UHGV virus genome: UHGV-0199333
Length of the DNA stretch: 16,081 nucleotides
DNA from: a virus
Reading direction: 5' to 3' (one strand)
A program made the position numbers and the translations under genes. Positions 8,946 to 16,081 of the stretch are shown in pieces. Position 1 is the first letter of the stretch, and each line of letters starts with the position of its first letter. The notes under the pieces are model-generated. The model was given only the letters and a program-made list of their open reading frames with translations. It searched no databases and was not told where the DNA came from.

Positions 8946-8973
8946 AAGCAAAAGCCCGCCGTTCTTGGCGGGC
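8946..8973 (-). terminator. Rho-independent terminator downstream of the 249-aa cargo gene
   Basis: Minus strand: GCCCGCC-aagaac-GGCGGGC followed by TTTTGCTT, about 95 nt after the stop of the 9067..9816 ORF. Confidence 0.55.
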
Positions 8974-9066
8974 CTTAGTTAAAAAGATCTTAAAACGACC
9001 ATGCAGATTCATGCATCATAGGTGTGCACTACTTGCCATCTGATCTACTGACCAATATTTTTATTT

Positions 9067-9816
9067 TTAGCTAGAAAATCGCTCCCTTATTTTGCTTATA
9101 ATTTGAGCTACAGCACTCGCTTTAGATCCATAAATGTCAGAAAGTAAATATTCAACAACTTCATAAGCTGATCCAATATCATTTGTACTTACAGCATCTG
9201 CATTGTGGCTACCCGCATTGCCAAGCCATCGGATTGCAGTTAATGCTTCTAAATGCTTTTGAAAATCTGAAGGTAGGATCTCCAGACGGGCATTGAGAGT
9301 CAATCGGTAAAGCTCACCCTTTTTATTAGGAAGACGCGCTGGTACACCAAGCTCAGTTAACAAATTTTCGATTGAAGTGCGTAAAGCATTTGCCGCTGCC
9401 GCAGGATTATTAAGATACAGGCTGAATGACTCACACAAGGCCTTCTGAACAGACACGGGACACTCACTCGGAATGTTGAATGGCTTCAAAGCAGGAGCAA
9501 AATATTTAGCTGAAAAAAGGTTGATGTGATCAAGGTCACGTCCATCCCATTCTTGATGAACACCACCAACGCCACTACACGCGACAACCTCCTTACAACG
9601 ACTACTCTCGCAGACTAAGAGACTGGAAAAAACATAAGATATACATTCCGGATCCCAATATTGGTCGTTGCTTGTACGATACTGAACTGACTCTAATGTT
9701 TCGTTATAATGGAAGGTACCGCTCTTGATCTTAAGCGTTGCATTTCCGCATGATGGGCAAGCCCAAGAGGGACATTCATGCTCGGTAAACATTGTGGTTA
9801 GCTTTGCTGCAGGCAT
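9067..9816 (-). CDS. Cargo protein of unknown function: Cys-rich N-terminus (possible zinc ribbon) and DUF4145-like C-terminal region; candidate defence or accessory protein
   Basis: 249-aa ORF with AAGGA RBS 4 nt before the ATG; N-terminal CPSWACPSCG plus further Cys; C-terminal ...ALRTSIENLL...IRWLGNAGSHNADAVS...EVVEYLLSDIY fits my recollection of the DUF4145 pattern (conserved R..GN..H). Markedly AT-rich versus the flanking phage core; at the cos-proximal variable locus. Confidence 0.5.
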   Translation of the reverse strand: MPAAKLTTMFTEHECPSWACPSCGNATLKIKSGTFHYNETLESVQYRTSNDQYWDPECISYVFSSLLVCESSRCKEVVACSGVGGVHQEWDGRDLDHINLFSAKYFAPALKPFNIPSECPVSVQKALCESFSLYLNNPAAAANALRTSIENLLTELGVPARLPNKKGELYRLTLNARLEILPSDFQKHLEALTAIRWLGNAGSHNADAVSTNDIGSAYEVVEYLLSDIYGSKASAVAQIISKIRERFSS

Positions 9817-9976
9817 ATTAATCCTTGGGTGAAATTATTCATAATTCATTAAAAACAATATAAATACACCGGAGAAAGACTAATTAACATCAAAAAATAT
9901 GCGTCAGCATCTAATATCATGTTACCCATAGGATAAAAAACATCTCGCCTATGCAGCTGTAACTACACACCATTAA

Positions 9977-10031
9977 CAACAGATTGGACACTTCGTGTGA
10001 GCTCACACTTAAAAGCATCAACAATCTGTTG
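9977..10031. promoter_or_regulatory. Nested inverted repeats in the intergenic region between the two cargo genes
   Basis: 10-bp arms caacagattg (9977-9986) and caatctgttg (10022-10031) flank a perfect 14-bp palindrome gtgtgagctcacac (9995-10008). Confidence 0.4.
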
Positions 10032-10077
10032 CCCAAACTTTTGCTCTTTATCCAATGTGATATTGATTTTTATAAGG

Positions 10078-10260
10078 CTATTCAGCCTTATAAAAAATAT
10101 CTTCTTCGGCTTCGTTATTTTCACTGTTTGCTAGGTCAGCAATGAGAGTGAGCGCAAGCTTTAAGTCTGCTGGCTTGCAGTTTGCAATCAGAGATATCTC
10201 GGCAATGAATTGCACACAAGCCCATTTTTGCTGCGTTCGGCTGAAATGTTCCCCAACCAT
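10078..10260 (-). CDS. Small acidic protein of unknown function, first gene of the LexA-box-preceded cargo cassette
   Basis: 60-aa ORF with strong RBS (minus-strand GGAGGG 5 nt before the ATG); acidic C-terminus NSENNEAEEDIFYKAE; AT-rich; a LexA box lies about 20-40 nt upstream. Confidence 0.5.
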   Translation of the reverse strand: MVGEHFSRTQQKWACVQFIAEISLIANCKPADLKLALTLIADLANSENNEAEEDIFYKAE

Positions 10261-10280
10261 GAAATCCCTCCCAATATGAT

Positions 10281-10300
10281 AACTGTATATTTATACAGTA
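10281..10300. promoter_or_regulatory. LexA (SOS) box
   Basis: aaCTGTatatttatACAGta: CTGT-N8-ACAG with AT-rich spacer, one spacer mismatch from the E. coli consensus taCTGTatatatatACAGta; minus-strand -35-like TTGCCA lies just upstream, so the box overlaps the likely -10 region. Confidence 0.6.
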
Positions 10301-10374
10301 TCACGTATTGGCAAATGATGGGAAGAGAAAAAATGAATCACACAGGTGTTGTATGTGCATGATATGGATGTGAA

Positions 10375-12597
10375 TTAGCCACTTTTTAGCGTTGATGCTT
10401 CTGCCAACGCTGCAACACGATTGAGGATTTCCCTAGCCTTAGCTTGGTTCGATGGAACAGTGGAAAATATCTCCCCTTTAGATGTTCCCCTAAGCCATTT
10501 TCCGCCAAAACAGCTTTTACCACCGGCCATAAGATGCAGGGCTTCACCCCGGCTGATGTTGATGCCGGTTATCAGATGGATTTCGTCGATAGTCTTCTCT
10601 ATCGCAGCGTTTTGCTCATCCGTGCCGTGGATAAATTTCTCCCTTTTTGGTGGCTTTGGCTTCTTGAGTTGGTTCGTCAGCTCTCGCCTTTCGCGCCGAC
10701 TCAGGGGTTTTGATAAATCGAGTACCGGTGGATCGCTTTCGCTTCCCGTACAGTTATTGACAGAACTCCAAGGGACGGTGAAACCGTCCTTAACGTCAAC
10801 GGCCAAATCAACGGCACGCTTCGGAACAATTTTCCATTGCGTGAGCCGGGTTAAAATCGGAGTGCCAACACCAACGGTGGAGTCGTACACACCACGAATG
10901 CAGACAGTTTCCTCACCATACTGGTTAAACTCGGTGCGTGGTTCATAAAGCGTGCGCACCTGCAAATCATCGCGACGGACAAACGGACCACCCTGCGCAT
11001 TAACATAGCCAGCCCAATCACCGGCGTCGGCGGCATCATGGACAGCGGCAAACTCAACACTCAGACCGTGCGCGGTCTCGGTATCTGCAAGGCGACGCAA
11101 TTCACGATATACAGTCACCGGTGCACCGCCGATAAACTGAAACTGACGAATATGCCAGCGTGCCGCCCATGCTGATACGGCGGGGGCGGTCTCTTTCAAC
11201 AGTTCACCATTTTCGTCATCGGTTTCGTCATCAAGAGCGTAGCCGTCGATATTTTTCGAGATGTATTTCGCGACGTAGCCGGTGGCGCTGCCTTTTTCCG
11301 GGTCAATGGCTTCTGCGTGGAAACGTGCTTTTTTGGCTTTATCGCTTTTGAGTTCGTGAACATCTTCCAGCCATGCGTAGTCCCGAATAATGCCTCGAAC
11401 GGTATCGACATCCTCTGGGAGCATGAACATCAGCATATGCCAGTGAGGGCATCCGTCATGGTGAGGCTCTGCCACGCGGATCCCGAAAATACGAATGTCT
11501 TCACGGTGGAGTTTTGCGCGGATGCGAGCCCACAGGCTTGTAAGGTAGCTTTGCGTGTCTGATGGGTTGGCTCCGTTCCATTTGGTGTTACGGTAGCCTG
11601 CCTTTGTCGTGGCGTGATATTTAGACGGCGCAGTCAGGGTGTAAAACTCACCAACATAACCGAGCTCATTGCAGATATTTTCAAACCCACGAATGCGGGT
11701 CATAAGCTCACAGCGCCGAATCGCAGGGTTAGCGACTGAGCCATCGTATTTTTCAATCAGGCTGATACGGTTGCCGTCTTCGTCTTCGAGCTCCATACCT
11801 TTGAGAAATTCGCGCGTATGGCGCTTTTGTTCGCGCCAGTCTGTCACGCAGTTTTTACTTGCGTAGACATGTTTTTTCTTACTGACATTTCCGATTGTGA
11901 TTTGCAGGTGTTCGCGCCACGCAGCCGCAACGCGACGCAGACGGCCACGCCACCATTTTTCTGAAAACATACGGGCAATTGCTGGAGCGACTTTATCCTG
12001 ATCCCAATATTTATCCCGCGACTTTTCCCACTCTGGTGGCATTATCCTGAATTGCTGAGTGATGAAACCAGCATGCATATACCAGGCATTTAATGTCTCC
12101 AGTTCACACATGTCAGAATCGTCAATGTTGACTAACTCTGCACGGATAAAATCGGCGATATCAGCAGCCAGCAGGTCGATGTCGGCGCGCGTCATATCCG
12201 GGAGTCGGTTATACCTTGCGACCATATTGACTATACGTGACGCCAGATATTGCATAAGCTGGGTATCAAAATGACCACCTAAAACAGCGGCTGATACGTT
12301 GCTCTTAATACCTGTGCACTCGTATTTTTTTGCGACCAGTTCAAGACGCGGCAATGCCTTTTTGCAAAAGCTTATTAAAAAAGCATTGGCTCGTTGACTG
12401 CCCTGATTTTGCTCCAGTACCGCAGCGGTGCGATAAACATCAAAACGCACACATTCGGGCTGGAGTGAAAGCACTTTCCTTGCATGCAGCAAAGCCGCGA
12501 ACATACGGTCGCGGCGGTACTGTTGGTCGTAGGTAAGATATGGACTGGTTATTGCCGACCGTGGAGCATTCCACGGAAACGCGAATTGAACAGCCAA
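10375..12597 (-). CDS. A: Replication initiation protein, rolling-circle endonuclease (P2 gpA-like)
   Basis: 740-aa ORF (P2 gpA 761 aa) at the end of the early operon; large size and position are diagnostic in the P2 layout. Confidence 0.8.
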   Translation of the reverse strand: MAVQFAFPWNAPRSAITSPYLTYDQQYRRDRMFAALLHARKVLSLQPECVRFDVYRTAAVLEQNQGSQRANAFLISFCKKALPRLELVAKKYECTGIKSNVSAAVLGGHFDTQLMQYLASRIVNMVARYNRLPDMTRADIDLLAADIADFIRAELVNIDDSDMCELETLNAWYMHAGFITQQFRIMPPEWEKSRDKYWDQDKVAPAIARMFSEKWWRGRLRRVAAAWREHLQITIGNVSKKKHVYASKNCVTDWREQKRHTREFLKGMELEDEDGNRISLIEKYDGSVANPAIRRCELMTRIRGFENICNELGYVGEFYTLTAPSKYHATTKAGYRNTKWNGANPSDTQSYLTSLWARIRAKLHREDIRIFGIRVAEPHHDGCPHWHMLMFMLPEDVDTVRGIIRDYAWLEDVHELKSDKAKKARFHAEAIDPEKGSATGYVAKYISKNIDGYALDDETDDENGELLKETAPAVSAWAARWHIRQFQFIGGAPVTVYRELRRLADTETAHGLSVEFAAVHDAADAGDWAGYVNAQGGPFVRRDDLQVRTLYEPRTEFNQYGEETVCIRGVYDSTVGVGTPILTRLTQWKIVPKRAVDLAVDVKDGFTVPWSSVNNCTGSESDPPVLDLSKPLSRRERRELTNQLKKPKPPKREKFIHGTDEQNAAIEKTIDEIHLITGINISRGEALHLMAGGKSCFGGKWLRGTSKGEIFSTVPSNQAKAREILNRVAALAEASTLKSG

Positions 12598-12598
12598 T

Positions 12599-12820
12599 TC
12601 ATACCCCCCGATAATGCTTTGATTTTAGCTCGGCGATTTGCTGGCAGGTCACGCACAAGCCCACACCCGGAAGCGCGATACGTCGGGCTTCCTGAATTGG
12701 TGCGTCACATACTTCACAGAGGAAACGAGAAGGCGTAGTGATACGGCTGCGCACGTTGTTGATATGGCGCTCGCGCTCGGCTTGTTCGCGCTCCTGTACT
12801 CCATCCATAACGTCGGCCAT
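12599..12820 (-). CDS. TraR/DksA-family C4 zinc-finger protein (P2 small early ORF)
   Basis: 73 aa with CEVCDAPI...LCVTCQ four-Cys zinc finger typical of phage TraR/DksA-like proteins; immediately upstream of A as in P2. Confidence 0.65.
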   Translation of the reverse strand: MADVMDGVQEREQAERERHINNVRSRITTPSRFLCEVCDAPIQEARRIALPGVGLCVTCQQIAELKSKHYRGV

Positions 12821-13047
12821 TAGTGCAACTCCTGAGATTCGTTTTCAAAACGGGTAGCTTCACGGCGTAGCAGTTCGGCGGCCTCTTTGCCGTTCATGCC
12901 TTCTTTGGTTATATGGATAGCCAGCGCCTCAAGACGGATTGATACGGCGAGTGCGCGGTCTTTGCGTTCTTCTTTTTTGGCATCTGTCAGCAGCACGGCT
13001 AGCGCGTCACTATCAGTGTTAAAACTACGGGGTTCGGTATTGCGCAT
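12820..13047 (-). CDS. Small early-operon protein (P2 orf81/orf82-like)
   Basis: 75-aa ORF tightly packed between the neighbouring small ORFs; charged, helical-looking sequence. Confidence 0.45.
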   Translation of the reverse strand: MRNTEPRSFNTDSDALAVLLTDAKKEERKDRALAVSIRLEALAIHITKEGMNGKEAAELLRREATRFENESQELH

Positions 13048-13116
13048 AACTAACTCTCCTGAATTCGGGCAATAAAATGCCCGGCGGGTTTACGCCAGAT
13101 AATTAATTGTGATTAA

Positions 13117-13317
13117 TTAGCTATAGCCAAATACAACGGCAGGTTTACTTTTTAACTGGCTGATAATTTCGGCTTTCAAGCCATCCTTAAACTCTTTGCA
13201 GCACTCCCACTCAGGGTCAACACGAAGTATTGCACCGTCGCGGGTTTTAATTTCAAAACCGTCTTCCATATTCGGAATCATGGCACCTAAAACAATTCTT
13301 AATTCATCGCGTGACAT
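13117..13317 (-). CDS. Small early-operon hypothetical protein
   Basis: ORF 13117..13356 trimmed to the internal Met (MSRDELRIV...) to limit overlap with the upstream ORF; start uncertain. Confidence 0.4.
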   Translation of the reverse strand: MSRDELRIVLGAMIPNMEDGFEIKTRDGAILRVDPEWECCKEFKDGLKAEIISQLKSKPAVVFGYS

Positions 13318-13564
13318 GTTTAATCCCTTTAATAATAAAGTGGGCAATACGAACAATTAAAAAGCCTGGCAACTTCGGCGGCTTTGTTTCCAGCCCTTTT
13401 AATAATTCGGACTGTGAGCAGCATGGATGCCAGCGCTCACCATCTTTCCCCGCAATCCAGCCGTGACCGTAGTGCATGCCGGGACTTTGTTTAACAAGCA
13501 GCGAGGCGAATGAAGGTTCATTTTTCAGCACAGGCACCTCACACCAAACCGAATGTTGCGCCAA
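13304..13564 (-). CDS. Small early-operon hypothetical protein (start uncertain)
   Basis: 86-aa ORF overlapping the 3' end of B by 26 nt; the true start may be an internal Met. P2 has four small ORFs between B and A, matching the count here. Confidence 0.35.
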   Translation of the reverse strand: MAQHSVWCEVPVLKNEPSFASLLVKQSPGMHYGHGWIAGKDGERWHPCCSQSELLKGLETKPPKLPGFLIVRIAHFIIKGIKHVTR

Positions 13565-14048
13565 TGCCGGTCATGGTGTCGACGACGCTTGAAATTGCCG
13601 GGTTAGCCTGGATGCGAGCCTGTAACGCCAGAGCCGACAATGACAGCATGCGAATACCGGCGTTAACGCTTTCAACCATGTTGTGCTTACGAGCTGATGT
13701 CAGTCGTTCATCAGATGCAGCACCACTCGCCAGTTCGCCAAGTTCGCTCATTGCGCGCATGACATAAGTCTGCAATTTGTCTTTAGCCAGCTCGTTAACC
13801 GGCACGCATGGCAGACAATGTATCTGTGCCAGAAAGCCATCAACGAGGGCGGAGTCTTCGGTCAGGTCAGTCAGTAGCCATAACTCAGGCGGCGTGAACT
13901 GGTGAGGTTGTTCCGGGTTGAGCTTGTTACGTAACGTCTGAACATTCATACCCGCACGCTCGGCCAGCTTCGCCATGTTGTGACGCTGCGCGAAAGCCCG
14001 GCACGCTTCGTCATAGTGGGGATGTTTGGAAATTTGAAAATCAAACAT
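13539..14048 (-). CDS. B: Replication protein B (P2 gpB-like)
   Basis: 169-aa ORF (P2 gpB 166 aa); N-terminus MFDFQISKHPHYDEACRAFAQRHN... closely resembles the P2 B N-terminus as I recall it; second gene of the early operon after cox. Confidence 0.75.
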   Translation of the reverse strand: MFDFQISKHPHYDEACRAFAQRHNMAKLAERAGMNVQTLRNKLNPEQPHQFTPPELWLLTDLTEDSALVDGFLAQIHCLPCVPVNELAKDKLQTYVMRAMSELGELASGAASDERLTSARKHNMVESVNAGIRMLSLSALALQARIQANPAISSVVDTMTGIGATFGLV

Positions 14049-14083
14049 GTATTTTCCCTCGCTATCTTAAATAATCGAGTTTC

Positions 14084-14308
14084 TCAGGCTGCCACGTAAC
14101 GACAATTGAGTCCCTGGGCCAAAAGGCGAGCACGGAAGGCAACCATATTGATACGCGCTGCACCACCGTCTTTCTTGCGAGGCATCAGAAGGAGGTCACC
14201 ATCGGCAACCATCTGTTTTACTGTGCGAATGCTGTAGCCATAGCATTCAGCAAATTCGTCATAAGTCATGAGATCCGCGCCGGACGGGATTGCAATTTGT
14301 GGAGTCAT
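14084..14308 (-). CDS. cox: Cox-family excisionase / lysis-lysogeny switch regulator
   Basis: 74-aa ORF, first gene of the early operon, divergent from the repressor; N-terminus (PQIAIPSGADLMTYDEFAECYG...) resembles P2 Cox; GGAG RBS about 10 nt upstream. Confidence 0.65.
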   Translation of the reverse strand: MTPQIAIPSGADLMTYDEFAECYGYSIRTVKQMVADGDLLLMPRKKDGGAARINMVAFRARLLAQGLNCRYVAA

Positions 14309-14433
14309 AAGTAATCATCTCCGGTTACTAGTTGGTTTGGTGCATTGGCGTGCATTTTTAAATTCAAGTGAGAATCTTATCTCGAAAATGCGAGATGTCA
14401 ATTTGGATTTTCGCAATAACTCGGATTTTTAAG
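14309..14433. promoter_or_regulatory. Immunity switch region between cox and the repressor gene
   Basis: 125-bp spacer between divergent cox and CI-like genes, where P2/186 place convergent early and lysogenic promoters and operators; contains the short direct repeat gtgcatt x2 (tgcattggcgtgcatt). Individual promoters not resolved. Confidence 0.45.
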
Positions 14434-15012
14434 ATGAGATTGGATGAGTTAGAAGGTGGAAAAGCAGTGCTGCAGCGCATCCTTGATGCGTATGGCTTTA
14501 CCATGCAAAAACAACTCGGTGATTTGCATGAGCTGTCATCGGGAACAATCAGCACGTGGGTTAGGCGTAATTTTTTCCCTGGGGATGTTGTTGTTGCATG
14601 CGCTTTGGACACTGGGGTGTCTTTACGTTGGTTGGCAACAGGGAAGGGGAACAAATTTGATGCAGACCATACTAATGGCGAAATGAAAACATTAGACCGA
14701 TTGGATATTGTTGCAGGCAAGCTGCAGGAAAACGGTCATTGGATTGTTGATGCTAACCTCTTTTCTACTGAGGCGACGCACCCTAATTACATAGTAAAAG
14801 GCCAGCAGTCCTGGATAGTTGACTTTGATATGACCGATATAGCAAATGGGCGGTGGATGCTCAGTATCGACGGGGATCATGATGTCTATGACGTCGCAAG
14901 GATCCCGGGGAACAGAATAAAAGTCAGCAACGCTGATGCCGATTTTCAATGCTCAGTTTCTGAGGTTAAGTGTATTGGCATGGTGCTGGTAAGCCTGACG
15001 AAATCTAGCTAA
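14434..15012 (+). CDS. cI: Immunity repressor, phage 186 CI-like (N-terminal HTH, C-terminal oligomerisation domain)
   Basis: Trimmed to the Met at 14434, giving 192 aa, the length of 186 CI; N-terminus MRLDELEGGKAVLQRILDAYGF...CALDTGVSLRWLATGKG resembles 186 CI; no GDSM-type S24 peptidase motif seen. Upstream in-frame ATGs at 14368 and 14395 cannot be excluded. Confidence 0.65.
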   Translation: MRLDELEGGKAVLQRILDAYGFTMQKQLGDLHELSSGTISTWVRRNFFPGDVVVACALDTGVSLRWLATGKGNKFDADHTNGEMKTLDRLDIVAGKLQENGHWIVDANLFSTEATHPNYIVKGQQSWIVDFDMTDIANGRWMLSIDGDHDVYDVARIPGNRIKVSNADADFQCSVSEVKCIGMVLVSLTKSS

Positions 15013-15016
15013 TGAT

Positions 15017-16051
15017 ATGAGTGTTAAAAAACTGATATCGGGTGAATGGCTTTGTGATTTCCGCGTCGACGGGGCTGAAAGTCGCCGCGTGCGTAAGAAG
15101 TTTTCAACCAAAGGTGAAGCCGTTGCCTTCGAGCAGTATTACCGAGAAGAGGCACAAAATAAGCCGTGGATGGGTGAGAAGGAAGACCGTCGACGTTTGA
15201 GTGAACTGATTGAGCTGTGGCATAACCTCCATGGCCAGTCGCTCGCTGCCAGCAAATCACGATTGGCCAAACTGCACATTGTTTGCCGGGGTCTTGGCGA
15301 CCCAATCGCTACCCAGCTTACCGCCAAAGATTTCGGCCATTATCGGGATAAACGCCTCAAGGGTGAAATCGACAATGGCTATCACGCAAATCCCGAAAAG
15401 TGGATTGCGAAACCTGTGACTGTGAACCGGGAACAACAGTACCTCGAAGCTGTTTTCAATGAGCTGAAGCGCTTGGGTGAGTGGAGTCTGCCAAATCCTC
15501 TCGAAGGTGTGCGAGTTTTCAAAGAAGCCGAAAAAGAAATGTCCTGGCTTACCCAGCCTCAAATTCGCGAAGTGCTCAACGCCTGTGAGTCATACGGGAA
15601 AATTTACTTAACCCGTATCGTCAAAGTGTGCTTAGCGACTGGTGCTCGATGGAGCGAGGCCGAGCGTCTTACTCGTTCACAGCTGTCACCCCACAAGTTG
15701 ACTTTCACTAAAACGAAGGGAAAGAAGAATCGTACAGTACCGATCCCTCGGTGGCTATATGACGAGTTGGCTCCTTTGCAGGGAAAAATGTTCCACCCCT
15801 GCTATCAGGAGTTCAAGAAAATGCTGGCTCTGACCGATATACAGTTGGCCGAGGGACAGAAGACGCACGTACTTCGACATACCTTTGCGAGTCATTTTAT
15901 GATGAATGGGGGAAATATTTTGGTGCTTCAACGTATCCTTGGACACTCAAATATCAGGGAAACTATGAGATATGCTCATTTTGCTCCCGACCACCTAGAG
16001 GAAGCAGCGTTATTAAATCCTATCTCAAATTTTTATGAGGCTTCACTATGA
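15017..16051 (+). CDS. int: Tyrosine integrase (P2 Int-like)
   Basis: 344-aa ORF downstream of the repressor; C-terminal HxxR (HVLRHTFASH) and catalytic-Tyr region (LGHSNIRETMRYAHF) typical of tyrosine recombinases. Confidence 0.85.
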   Translation: MSVKKLISGEWLCDFRVDGAESRRVRKKFSTKGEAVAFEQYYREEAQNKPWMGEKEDRRRLSELIELWHNLHGQSLAASKSRLAKLHIVCRGLGDPIATQLTAKDFGHYRDKRLKGEIDNGYHANPEKWIAKPVTVNREQQYLEAVFNELKRLGEWSLPNPLEGVRVFKEAEKEMSWLTQPQIREVLNACESYGKIYLTRIVKVCLATGARWSEAERLTRSQLSPHKLTFTKTKGKKNRTVPIPRWLYDELAPLQGKMFHPCYQEFKKMLALTDIQLAEGQKTHVLRHTFASHFMMNGGNILVLQRILGHSNIRETMRYAHFAPDHLEEAALLNPISNFYEASL

Positions 16052-16081
16052 GTTCTAAAGGACAAGAAGAGTTAACAAAGG

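Noticed and set aside
8730-8978. 82-aa plus-strand ORF downstream of Q
   Set aside because: Spans the cos-like site and two hairpins; Arg/Pro/Thr-rich low-complexity translation; more likely non-coding packaging/terminator sequence.
9067-9816. Cargo protein as an Old-type ATPase-nuclease
   Set aside because: Only 249 aa and no Walker A (GxxxxGK[ST]) motif; Old proteins are about 580 aa.
10421-10948. 175-aa plus-strand ORF antisense to replication gene A
   Set aside because: Lies within the A reading frame region on the other strand; low-complexity Ser/Leu-rich translation.
14434-15012. Repressor as a LexA/lambda-CI-type self-cleaving S24 peptidase
   Set aside because: No Ala-Gly cleavage site or GDSM-type Ser / Lys dyad recognisable; N-terminus resembles 186 CI, which is inactivated by an antirepressor rather than autocleavage.
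1-16081. CRISPR arrays, tRNA/rRNA genes, IS elements
   Set aside because: No regularly spaced direct repeats, no tRNA-like cloverleaf candidates noticed, and no transposase-like ORF flanked by terminal inverted repeats; gene content is fully accounted for by the prophage.

Overview
The window is almost entirely a P2/186-family (Peduovirus-like) temperate myovirus prophage, read in reverse orientation relative to the canonical P2 map. Gene identities are assigned from the supplied translations by recalled family resemblance and by P2 gene order and sizes; no database search was run. From left to right: the late morphogenesis/lysis operon on the minus strand (S, R, LysC/LysB spanins, SAR-type endolysin K, holin Y, X, L, small terminase M, capsid N, scaffold O), a divergent late-promoter region, large terminase P and portal Q on the plus strand, a cos-like site, an AT-rich two-gene cargo cassette, then the early operon on the minus strand (A, four small ORFs, B, Cox), and a 186-CI-like repressor plus integrase on the plus strand. 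The most interesting region is the cargo cassette at about 9.0-10.3 kb, which sits where P2 carries tin/old and 186 carries tum. It encodes a 60-aa acidic protein and a 249-aa Cys-rich protein with a DUF4145-like C-terminal motif pattern, and is preceded by a near-consensus LexA (SOS) box. I propose it is an SOS-controlled accessory module, either an anti-phage defence or a non-canonical antirepressor; this is a hypothesis, not a demonstrated function.
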